A DNA stretch of 56,270 nt, counting the filler, from Dugesia japonica (taxonomy: Eukaryota), in the NCBI GenBank assembly GCA_001938525.1. It is 5 parts of 5 records of this genome, joined end to end, with 100 filler letters (N's around TTAATTAATTAA, not from the genome) between each part and the next. Parts side by side here need not be neighbours in the genome. Positions count along the whole stretch, not along the records: positions 1 to 8,238 come from MQRL01644989.1; positions 8,339 to 20,720 come from MQRL01621793.1; 3 more parts are not named here. One strand, written 5' to 3'. The notes under the pieces were generated by a model. It saw nothing but the letters and a program-made list of their open reading frames with translations, was not told the DNA's origin and ran no database searches. Shown piece by piece: positions 1 to 11,519 of the stretch. The position numbers and the translations under genes are program-made. Position 1 is the first letter of the stretch; each line of letters begins with the position of its first letter.

Positions 1-429
1 CTTTTTAAAAACCATATTAAATTTTTTATCGTTCCAGTTGAAAGTTTCTCTTAAAATAGTTTTCTTAACGGAAATTAAATTGAAAAAAATTCGAACTAAG
101 TTCTTAAAAATATAAGAAATAAATATTAAATTTTTTATTGAAATTTTTAGATCAATTTAGTTTTTTAATTGTTAATAAAGATTTAAATTTCGAAATAATT
201 TTTAAAAAGTGTCAATTTAAATATGTTTAATATTAAATAAATTATATTTTAAAATATTTATATAAGATGTATTCAAATTAATATAGTTTTGAAAATAAAT
301 AAATTTATAAATAATTAAAAAACGGGGTTTTTTAGAATTTTAAATGTTTTGAAGAGATAAATAAAATNATCAAATAATTAAAATAAATTTGATTTAAATA
401 AATTATTTTCTCATAAAAATTATTCTTGC

Positions 430-1326
430 GAAACACGTAAAAATATTCGGACTCAAAGTTCACCCAACCACATATGTCAATTAGGAGATAGTTGTAGTTT
501 AGTTAAATTTTATGAAAATAGAGTAGAACCTAACGTATATATTTTATTTTCAAATGAAATAGGTCTAAAAATAAGGAATATAAATTTTGGTATATTGTAT
601 TTTAAAATTTTAAGGTTTAATTAAAATAACGTTTTATAAATATTTAAAATGTAAATTTTAGTAATTTAAGAGTTATGTGTTACATAATTCTGTTTTGTTT
701 GATTTAAATATATTTTGGTTTTAGAGTGATTACTAGATGTGTGAATCAAATATTAAAATTGATTTTCAAGAATGATTTTTAAGAATGTCATAACTCGTAA
801 TCAGAAAACACTATTAGTCGAAGCCTTGCCAAAGAAAGCTGGGAATTGATTAATTTTCAAATTTAACCTTTTTATCGCAGAAACTCTGATGTAGTCGAAA
901 GTTGATTAAGGATTTAGCAGGATGGTTGACAATCAATGAGTTATGCTTAACTAGCGTCTTTGATTTGCATTTTATCTGAAGGAGCTTCAACCTTGGAGCT
1001 TCAAATTTTTAATCAGAAAATACAACAAAAGAAGAAGCAAGAGAAACCTTTACAGAAACCTTTATGATAAAGAAATCCATCAAATATTTATTTATGGAAC
1101 TTTCAGAGGTAAAAACATGATGAGAAATTTGTTACCTTCGAAATTCGAGTCTAAAATCTGTTAACTGATGTGTTGGTTTCTGTATAATCAAAGAATAACT
1201 TGTAAGTAATTTTCTTTTAAAACACGCAAAAAGTGCCGGACTCAAAATTCTTATCACCAAACCAAATATATCAATAGGAAATATTTGAAGTTTAGTTAAA
1301 CTTTATGGAAATAAAGTAGAACCTAA
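430..1326 (+). repeat. Pair of diverged ~105-bp direct repeats (about 430-533 and 1220-1326)
   Basis: Both copies read AAACACG..CGGACTCAAA..ACCA.ATAT.TCAAT..GTTTAGTTAAA.TTTATG.AAATA.AGTAGAACCTAA; spacing is about 790 bp. Confidence 0.6.
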
Positions 1327-2079
1327 AAAAGGATGGATTTCAATTAAACGGTCATCTTAATTGAGGAAAACAAAGACTAAAATCACATAATAATTCTGGT
1401 TATGATCGAATGAACCAGCGACCCATTGATGAACCGTTACCAATTATCACATGACCACTTAATGATAATCATACTACTGATGATTTTAGAAGACGAAATA
1501 AACGAGAAGCTGCACTCATACACCATCCTGACTCAAGAAAAAAAGATAGCCCAATGCATTCTAAGAAACACATAGCTAGACTAATATACAATATATAAAC
1601 CAGTTTTTCAACATCTGAAGGTGAATTTTTTTGATGTTGTTAATGTTTCTTTTGTGGTGTAGTAAACTATCTGAGAATTTACTGTTCAATGAAGTACAAA
1701 TTTGTGACAAACATGATCATCTTTTTCGTTCATGCTAGTAGATAAATAATTTTTATTAACCAGTAATGATTTTCTTTAATAGTAATAATTTTCGTAATGA
1801 TTTTCTTTAATGATTTACTTAATGAATTTTTTGTATTGCCTTTCTTTAAGGATAATAAGTAATGATTTTTAGTAATGATTTAATTTAAAGATTTATTTAA
1901 TATCATACATTAAAGTGATAACAGTTGACTTTGAATTCTTGACTATCGGATCTGTGTCTAGCTAAATATTGGTGTGTTTTTATCTTATAAAGGTTAGAGA
2001 GTTGTAGCGATGTGTATTTGAGACCGGATGTGAACGGTCGGAAACATTGCTTTCATAGATGTCACATACTGTAATCGAG

Positions 2080-2274
2080 CTTAGAGTTGGCAACCTACGG
2101 CCCTTTGGACCCCTACTTTGGAAACTCTACTTTAATCTACTTAATACTTGAAACTTGTAATAATGTTATTGGAATTACTCGTATTTTCTAACAATAAATT
2201 TACGGCTCATTAAAACAGGCAAATTGATTTTTACTCATATTTGGTTCTTTGCTAACAAAGGTTGCCGACCCGTG
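2080..2274. mobile_element. hAT (Charlie/MER5-like) MITE
   Basis: Inverted ends ..GAGTTGGCAACCTACGGCCC and AGGTTGCCGACCCGTG resemble CAGGGGTCGGCAACCT hAT termini; right flank is GTCTAG; no ORF. Confidence 0.5.
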
Positions 2275-2569
2275 GTCTAGTTAAAACTACACAAGCCAGT
2301 CGATAAGGTCAATTATAAATGAAATCAGTTGGATGCTAGCGGACCTTAATGAATTCGTTCCGTTGGATTGTACATGTCAGAAAAAGTAATGTAATGATAT
2401 GAAATGAAAACAAAACTATTGAAACAATGTATGAAAATAATTTTTAATGATATTATTATTAATAATTCTTATTATCAATAATAACTTAGAATACAAATAA
2501 TATACTGATTTCATTAATTATATTAAGACAAAGAATAATTTTACTTAAACATATAAATATTAACAATGA

Positions 2570-2795
2570 TTTTCCTCGGGAGAGCAACCGTTTCCTAGGG
2601 TGATCAGCTAATATTAATTAGCCAGGAATTTAATATTAGAAGCGGTAATCATTAATGAGTCTGGAAGCATCTAATGTTATTGTTTCACATGAACTTCCCA
2701 TAGTTTGTGCCCAGGCGCTACTAATGTTGATATTGCCTGGAAGCCAAAAATGTTAATATTGTCCAGGGAAACTCAGTTTAACTATGTACAAAATT
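2570..2795. repeat. Dispersed repeat built of AATATTAATATTGCC(C/T)GG-like units; second copy at about 46396-46575
   Basis: Both loci share the motifs CAGCTAATATTAAT, GAAGCATC, ATATTGCCTGG and the end TTAACTA..TACAAA.TT. Confidence 0.5.
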
Positions 2796-2854
2796 TGATT
2801 AATTTAAACAAAAATATTCTATTACTCCGCTTTTTTATGAAGAAACTCATGAAA

Positions 2855-3010
2855 GTTTTATAATTACAATTATTGCGAGAATAATTGTTTGATGCAATCG
2901 TTGATCATTTATCAGGTTTCATTAAAATAAAAGCTTCGATCAAATTGTTTTTTGTTTGTTATAATATTTCGAACTTTCGACTTAGTCTTCGTCAGGAATT
3001 GAAGTCAATT
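2855..3010 (-). mobile_element. Penelope-type terminal-repeat (pLTR) copy with minimal hammerhead ribozyme
   Basis: Minus strand reads AATTC-CTGACGA-AGACTAAGTC-GAAA-G-TTC-GAAAT, followed by the family tail GATCGAAGCTTTTATTTTAATGAA...ATTATTCTCGCAATAATTG. Confidence 0.7.
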
Positions 3011-3551
3011 TACACCTTCCCTTTTTATTACACCTTCTCTTACTCATTATAAACTTTTAAATGATTAACTTCAAATTTTTTTTCTAAATCTTTTAACATA
3101 TTAAAATTATAATTAATATTTTACGTTAATTTTTCTTAAGCATCATTATTAGTTTCTAGTAAATAATTTATTTTTTGTAGAGAATTCAAAAGAAATAATT
3201 TAGTACGTTCTATTTCATTGAGGCAACTTACCTCATTTTTAAGTAGAACTATTTATTCTATCAAAGTCAAATAAAATTTAATTTTCGCTGTTATTTCTAG
3301 TCTAAAGTTATTCATTATTAATAAAGTCATTTTTTACATCGAAGTTAGGAAAGATGAATTTGACTATATGCAGATAAATTCTGACCAATCGAATACTAGA
3401 TTAATTCTGATTCTCTCGCAATTTGATGCAACCAATTAAATGAACTATTATTTCTTAATACAGCTAAAATTTAATTTTCAAAATCAACATTATGACCAAT
3501 AATTTAGTTTCATTTTTACAAATATAAAACCTTAATGGAAATGATAATTTT

Positions 3552-4711
3552 ATGATAATGAAAAATAATTTAATAGAAAACCCAAAAATTGTAAATTACC
3601 GAAGAAATTTTGATGAAATCAGTACAAACTTTTCGATGAACGAAGATAAATATAAATTGTTACATATGAAAAGCCATGATTATGTGGATAACTGTAGTAA
3701 GTATTTTTTAATTTGTAAATTTTCAATCTAAAATAAGTTAAAGGAACATTCAAAAAACCTCCATTTTCATATATTTCGATGATTGCCATGGCAATTCAGG
3801 CATCCCCGTATCAACAATGTACCTTAAGTGAAATATACCTATACCTTAGAGAAAACTTCAATTTTTTTAGAGGAGAATATCAAGGATGGAAGAATTCGAT
3901 TCGCCACAACCTATCCCTTAATGATTGTTTCATTAAACTACCAAAAGGTTAAAACAATGTTATATAATATTTAATTAATTATTTTCCTGTATTTACTAAT
4001 ATTGTTGAATCAACTTTATTTTCTAAAAAATCAGAATTTATGGATATTGATAGCGCAAATTAGATATATTAAAAATAATGACATTGTACTATAACTATAA
4101 ACAAAACAACTATGGTTGAAATAAATTCAATTCATAAATCATCAATTAGGAAGGAAATGCATGCATTAAAGACATAAAATTATAATAATAGTAAGATATA
4201 AAACAACCATAATTTATATTTCCAGATGAACTTGAAATAAAAATGAATATATTATTGTTAACCTCAAGTTAGATTTAGAAAGAATATTCTAGTGATTTTG
4301 TCTTAATTACACTGCGAATGCTACTAGAAAGATATTGAATTTATACTCGATATTTTATAATCATAAAGATGCACTTAATCCAAATTCATTTTAGACAATG
4401 GTAGAATTGGTAAAGGACATTATTGGGCAATTGATAAGAATGCCAGCTTTTTGTTTAATGAAAAATGTAATCGCCGAAGACCTAGGGGATTCAAACAAAA
4501 ATTTCAATTCGCAGAGAAAAGTTCAGTCAATTTTTTGACGTTTTCAACTCAACCTGATAAAGCAGCTGTATTATTTAATCCATATGACATTCCAAAAAAC
4601 AATATCCAGAATTCTAACTTCTGTTGTAATTCATCAAATTTCCTGAATGGATGGTCGAAATCTAATTTTTACTGCGAAATATGTACCAATTCGTATTATT
4701 CATATTTTTAA
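3552..4711 (+). CDS. foxF: Forkhead box transcription factor, FoxF class (3 exons, ~223 aa)
   Basis: Exons are 3552-3696, 3738 (or 3744)-3947 and 4395-4711, with GT-AG introns. The spliced domain [52 protein letters not shown]|[24 protein letters not shown] carries the FoxF-diagnostic FFRG.YQGWKNS, FIKLPK, GKGHYW and RRRPRGF motifs. Confidence 0.93.
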
Positions 4712-5129
4712 CTTTAAAATAGTGAATAACGAAGTCTATTGTTTTTTTTTTGATAATATTAAAATTCATTTTAATTTATTTATTTTCTGTTATCAATCAT
4801 TTTTTTAGCTATCGTGATTATAATAAACAAATTCTTTTTATGTATTTATATTTACTTATTACAATAATAATACAAAGTNNNNNNNNNNNNNNNNNNNNNN
4901 NNNNNNNNNNNNNNNNNNNNNNNNNNNNNNNNNNNNNNNNNNNNNNNNNNNNNNNNNNNNNNNNNNNNNNNNNNNNNNNNNNNNNNNNNNNNNNNNNNNN
5001 NNNNNNNNNNNNNNNNNNNNATGTTTTACGGACACCCATAAATTATCCATCATCCTAGATAGCTAATTTATTTAAACTGAGTTAAATATACTTATTAGTG
5101 AAATATGTTTTGTTGCTATATTTTGTAAA

Positions 5130-6150
5130 TCTAAATTATAGATTTATTGTAAATAAAATATGGATTTTTTATGTGAGTGAGAAACTTCTCACTTGTAATA
5201 TGTATAAAAATGTTCCATTCTAGAAATTTATTAATCCCATATTTCAAGATATGATGCATCTTATAACCTTTTAAATTATGGAAAACTATGGGCAGACTGT
5301 ATCTTATTTTCTCGATAAATTATATTTTGAGCATGCTGGACCCAAATATTTACCATTGAAATGGTTGTGATCGCAAACACAATTTACTATATCATTTTTA
5401 CAAAGGTAACAGGTTCTACATACAAGAAAACGTCTATCTTATTCGTTTCATAATATTTTTATTGAATTTTTTCATTCATTTTTATATTAAGGCTTTATGT
5501 TTTGTGAAATATTCTTAACTTCTGCAGAAATTGAAATACGCAGTCGTAACCTATAAATTGTTGATATTGTATAGCATGAGTTATGTTGTTGATAAGTAAA
5601 ATACCTGATGATATCGGTCAATGTTTTCGAGGAAAACTTTCACCAGTAGGCAAGATCAGATTTGAAATCAGCATATAATACATAAGCTGGAGTTATCTGT
5701 TTGTAATAATTTTTTAAAAACAAATTTTTATCCTCCGGCATGGTGTAAAGAGTCATTCCATTTTGATTCTTTGTGAATAAGCTTTGATGGTTCCCAAATG
5801 TACCCTGTCTTCTAAATCCTTTGAAACAAGTTCTACGCCATATAGATTGAATATGAGTGTTACATACAGATTTCGAATTAAATAATCTATTAAAAATTTT
5901 GACAACAATATGATGAAATTTATTATTTTCTTCTAATAATATTAGATATATTTGACGACCATCAACTACTTTGGAACGATGTTCAGATAATTTGTTATAT
6001 TGTGATAAACTTTCAAGATATGAAATGATAACGTACTCTTTTAATATAGCTAAAATACTAGAAATAAAAAGCATGTTACCATTATTCTTAATATTAACTG
6101 CAGCTTTTTTATTTGATAATGCCTTAGGCAATTTTATATAGCCATTGTCT
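5130..6150 (-). mobile_element. Polinton/Maverick protein-primed DNA polymerase B, degraded N-terminal part
   Basis: Translated pieces in order: PKALSNKKAAVNIKN, IYLILLEE..HHIVVK.FNRL, MPED..FLKNYYKQITPAYVLYADF, CYLC..CDHNHFNGKYLGPACSKYNL, FFHNLKGY. This is the motif order of Polinton pPolB. Stops and frameshifts are present. Confidence 0.8.
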
Positions 6151-6239
6151 TGAGAGTCTATTTATTACGTATACTTTTGTTATCTTAAAATTAATTTTTA
6201 AAATTATATTTGAGTGGAAGCTCGATTCAACCTTACCTC

Positions 6240-6545
6240 TTATAACTGTTTTCACATGTATCATTCTTATTTCTTCTTCAAAGAATGTATTAATTTCTCT
6301 ACTATTATAAATGTTACTTCCTTGCACACCTCTGAAACTACAACTTTCAAACGTATCTTTCCAATTGTCTCCAATGAGCTGTTATTTGCACAATACAATT
6401 GTTCCTCGCTTTTCTTTAACATTGTTTCTCCGAGTATCCCAAATTCCTTCATACTCATTACATTTATTCTTGCTCCTATATCTAACAAACCATCAAACTG
6501 TTCACCCTTGATTATCACTGAATTGTTAGGTCTCCCTTGCATTTT
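6240..6545 (-). mobile_element. Ty3/gypsy aspartic protease fragment
   Basis: IIKGEQFDGLLDIGARINVMS is a degenerate LLDTGA motif, followed by LYCANNSSLETIGKIRL. Confidence 0.75.
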
Positions 6546-6579
6546 ATCATATGAAATTATATTTTAGTTGGATCTTTTT

Positions 6580-7720
6580 TTTACATCTCTTTACTGATAA
6601 CGTGTCCCAAAAATTTAATCTCATTTTGCATGAATTTACATTTCTTCATATTAACTCTTAGACAAGCATTCTTAATTTCTGTCAGTACTTTATTGATTAT
6701 TTCATAGTGTTGCTACTTTGTTTCGGTAAATATGAGAATATCATCTAGATAAAACATTGCTTTTTTTATTTTCCCGATTACTTTATTCATCATTTCCTGG
6801 AAAGTACCTGGTGCTGCTGCAATTCCAAAAGGCATTCTATTGAAGCATTTCGTCCACATTTGGCATAGGAAAAACTTGTCTTTCTGTTATTGTATTGAGT
6901 TGTCTAAATTCTAATCATAATCGTATATCCTTTTTTATCTTTTTCCAAACTCAGATTAATGACGTATTTCATTGAGAATTACACTTCCGGATGATACCAT
7001 TATCATAAAGATTCTTGATGGCCACTTCAATCTTCTCTTTTAGATTCATTGGTTGACGATATAGTTTTATGTTGATTGAACCTTCTCTAGTAATTATTAG
7101 ATGCTTCGTTAAATGTATGCATCCAGTGACCAATTTGCCCGCCATAAATACATCCTTATTATTCTGAATAATCACAGTCAATCTATGATCTTAATTAATT
7201 TCTAGAATCTCCATTGTATTTCTCAATCGTTCACTTGTATGTATCTGCTTCCAAATTTTGCCTCGTTATCGCAAACANNNNNNNNNNNNNNNNNNNNNNN
7301 NNNNNNNNTGCACGTTTTTTGAAGATGATACCCAAAAATATTCCGAAATTCTACTCCACCAATTAGATCTGTCAAGGGAACAGCTTTATTTGATATTCTA
7401 CATAGTTTTACTTCTTCATCTTTTAGAAATTCAATATGTTTACCGAACTGAATCTTTAAACTTTTTAATTATTTCATATAGTTTCTTTAAAAGAACATCA
7501 GACAATTTTATTTCTTGCATATTTAAGTTTTCTACATTACCTTTTAATATTTGATAACACCTAGAGAGATCACTTTCTATTTCCGGTTCAATAATTGCTC
7601 CACCTATTTGACAGGCATTACTTCTCCATTCATCTGTTACTGAGAAATTGTATATTGTTTCTTCTCCATCACATTCATTTATTAATGTGAAATTGTCTAC
7701 AAAATTTTCTCCACTCATAA
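6580..7720 (-). mobile_element. Ty3/gypsy reverse transcriptase remnant
   Basis: Motifs KLYRQPMNLKEKIE..GIIRKCNS, RMPFGIAAAPGTFQEMM, FYLDDILIF and KFLGHVISKE, disrupted by stops and frameshifts. Confidence 0.85.
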
Positions 7721-8238
7721 TGTCAATTACTCTACTTTCTGTCCCATCTACTATAACTTATGCTCCATCATTTACATCGCTTTCTTTTCTAATATATACG
7801 CTTTCTGTTATGATTTAAAATTTTAATCATTGATCGCATTAAGCATAAAACTTTCATTCTGCAAATAGTTTGACATAAGACGTTTACTGGTCATCGCATT
7901 AGGCATGAAATGTTTCATTTCCGTTTGAATAAGGTATAAAATGTGTTACATTTTTCATAACATTCTAAAATAAACTAAATTTCAATTAATTAGAAATAAA
8001 AATAAGTTTATTAATTTTCCTCTTTTGCATTATATTGATAATGATATCATACATAATTATCTAAATATTGGGGAAAGCAGACACTAAGATCCAACATAAA
8101 ACAAGCACACATACATACAAAAATAAAACACAACAAAACGCAACAATCAATCCAACAGAACAATCAACCCAAAAATAATATTTGGAAAAAAACATTAAAT
8201 TTGTGATAAATGGAATAATTTTAATGAACAGTATAATT

Positions 8239-8338
8239 NNNNNNNNNNNNNNNNNNNNNNNNNNNNNNNNNNNNNNNNNNNNTTAATTAATTAANNNNNN
8301 NNNNNNNNNNNNNNNNNNNNNNNNNNNNNNNNNNNNNN
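8239..8338. other. Artificial scaffold gap with six-frame-stop linker (N44-TTAATTAATTAA-N44); also at 20721-20820, 32145-32244 and 44443-44542
   Basis: The same 100-bp structure occurs four times. Confidence 0.95.
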
Positions 8339-9929
8339 CAAAGAATTCTCTATCTAATAGTCATGTTGATTACAAGTTTCGAGAAGAAAAATAGTTTTTC
8401 GAAAAATCTTTATTTGTGAAAAATAATCTCCATGGAATATTTCATCGGTTGATGTAAAATCTCAACAAAAAATGTTTTCAAAAATTTTTTAAAATTTTGA
8501 ATGTTCTCCCGGATTCCCATAAAAATTTTAATTATTTGAATTATTAAAAAAAATTCATCTATTTCCCACGAATTTTCGTAAATAATTCTACCCAAATAGA
8601 TCAACCAGAAGAAATAATTACCTAAAATCATACAAAAATCAACCTTCTCGAAAAATTTCCTTATTAAATCATCCAAAAATTTGAAAATTTGAATAATTCG
8701 GTAAATNNNNNNNNNNNNNNNNNNNNNNNNNNNNNNNNNNNNNNNNNNNNNNNNNNNNNNNNNNNNNNNNNNNNNNNNNNNNNNNNNNNNNNNNNNNNNN
8801 NNNNNGTAAACTATTCAAAAATACGAGCAAAAGTTATGTCTGATATATACAATAGATCCAATTGATCCGATCAAAAATTTTTTGATCCCAAAAATCTTAG
8901 AAAAAAAAGTTGATACCAAAAATCATGGTTAAAGAAACGCTCGATAACTGCTTAAAAATATTTTTGCCTGAATTTCAGCTCATTGCCAAATTTTGCCCGT
9001 GTGCCACTATCTATCTACTTGCAGTTTCTTGTAAAGTTTCCATTTTTCGATACTAATTCTTTAGATAATGTATACGTAGATTTTAATAGCTTACTTGATA
9101 AAATCAAATTAAAGTCTTTATGATAAAAATTAGAGTCTGGGCGTGATTTTTAATTTTTAAAATTTTAAATCTTACACATTGCATTAGAATTCTGAGATAA
9201 CGATTATGTTTGTCAAGGTTTTTCGAGTTCAACGATATAAAGTCTGTCATCACAGCATATACGTACTCGTCTTAATTTTAATTTTAAAATTGAAGAATAT
9301 AAGCGGTTCAATACTGACCTAACTACCTACTAAACTGTTATTCATTTTTCGTTATGAAGGAAGGATTTTTCAATAAAAGTCAATTAGGTACTTATAGATG
9401 ATTTTCGAGTCTCATCTCATTGATGGTGCGTTCAAGTCAAAATTGGATGCTGGCTGATTTATCGATCTTACATCATTAATAGTTTTGTACCAACACACTT
9501 GATTGAACTGAGAATTGCACCATAAAATCCGCCGCGTCAATACACATCAACATTACTATGACTATACCGATTTCATGATTAGTATTGCCAGAGAAAGTCA
9601 ATACCAAACTTCGAATTGCTGCGCATTTAATAAATACTTTCATCCAGTAAATAATAAATGATTCGACGCTTATTTAATTTCATCGGAAATGTCCAAATCA
9701 TTCAAGCTGATCTACTGGTTTCAAAATACTTACTCTGGATATTCAAATGTACAACTTAAATATGACATAAAATTAATTAATTATTAATACTAGAATCAAT
9801 AACATAACTGGATAAGTATTTTAATCATAATGAATAAATAATTTATAAGTCGAAATGAAAGTTTTAATAATAATAAATAAAAAATTTACAATGTGGATCA
9901 AATAATTTTAGTCCAGTGATCCTCAATTC

Positions 9930-11395
9930 GAGTTAAACCTCGTCAACGCAATTCAAACAAAACAAAAAAATAATATATTGAAGCATAGAAATTATCCCAC
10001 ATAAAGCCACACGTTGAAATTTGACAGTACATCGCATTACTACTACACTCACGATCTCTATCTCGCACTCATTCCTTAATTCGCACAATTTCTTTCTCGC
10101 TAAACTATGCTCGTGTGTCATTCCCTCACGGTCACNCCTCGTCTCATACTGGTCTCAAATCTCGCTGTACGGAATTCAACTCCCGCTATTTAACTCCTCG
10201 ACAACTAAAAGCTTCTTAAAATAAATGAAAACGACACTCGGACAAATTTCGCAGGGGTTTTAGTTAATGTCGATAACCCCAAAAATCATCAATAATAAAA
10301 TAATAATAAATAAAAAAAANNNNNNTTTTTTTACTATTTTCTCGCTAGATGTCGTCCTCGGGATTATATCTGTGAACTGAATAACAAAATACAATTCGAA
10401 ATAATTCGCATAAAATTTTAGTAAAAATTCTGCTTATTTTCTTCGTGTCCCGAGGTTTTATTTCGTTCTCGAATATGAAGACTGAGGAGCTCTCATTGCT
10501 CACCCAATTGCCTGTCCGTATTCCGCAATCTCAACATCCTGTTGGCTAGTACCTCCTGTTTCTCGTGAATATTTTGTTGTTCCTCTGTTGTCGTGTGGAT
10601 TTCTCTATCCGGCCGATGATTGACAACAAATTTGGAAAACCAAATTCGTGTCGTCAGGAGAATGTCCTTGTTACACCGTCTGGTTTTCCAACTGAATCAT
10701 CGTTTAAAAAAACCAGAAATAAACGTGACTGGAAACTAATTTTCAATAATATTAAACGCTAATTAGCGTTATTTATAATAACGATAATGGGTCGTGGAGG
10801 CCCTTTTAATATTTTATTATAGTATTTTATATTATTTTTATTATTTGGTTTGTTATTTCCTGTTGATAAATCCACAATTCGTTATTGTAACACGAAATTT
10901 GGGTCCTCTACGCCCAATTTTCCAAAATTACTCGTATAATAATTATAATAATAATAATTACATAATAATAATGATAATATAAAGTAAAATATCTGGTCTA
11001 GCGACAACTTCTACTTAATTTTCTGCTTACTATCCTGTATATTTTAGTATTATTTCCAGATGTGTTCTAGCCCAACATGTCATTAAAATTATTATTGATA
11101 GTATGAGGGTATAATCTTAAAGTAAGAGAAGACAAATGATGATAACATGACAAGGGTATCGTTAACAACGGAGATTAAGTAGGATATTGATCGAAAAATT
11201 GTAAAGAGCCTACGCGAGTATTATAAATTAAAAACTCAGACAAAAGAAATGCGAACAAGTACTCGAACTACATGTCGCGAGTTTCCGGCTCCATTCCGAA
11301 AATTTAGGGACTATGGATCTAATTCTTCACGGGGTTATTCTAAGCTATACTCTCATATATAAATAAAATTGAGCTATCTAGATGGAACCCCAACA
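9930..11395. mobile_element. Probable LTR remnants ending in ..CCCAACA (ends at 11077 and 11395)
   Basis: GC-richer non-coding block. The end GTGTTCTAGCCCAACA matches GTGTTCTACCCCAACA at 39666, and AATAAA precedes the 11395 end. Left boundary is uncertain. Confidence 0.35.
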
Positions 11396-11519
11396 TTATA
11401 TTATTATTATTATTACAATTATTATTACTACTATTATTATTATTATTAAATTAAATAATTAAAAAATAATTAAATTCTTAAAAAATCGAGCATTTTCTTA
11501 ATTACAAAAGAAAATAAAG

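Noticed and set aside
4750-5058. ORFs spanning N-runs (also 7258-7554, 41418-41618, 41432-41614)
   Set aside because: They are open only because Ns hide stop codons, and they show no recognisable motifs.
9020-9740. Possible exons or regulatory element between FoxF and the kinase
   Set aside because: No coherent exon chain or motif could be supported from the sequence alone.
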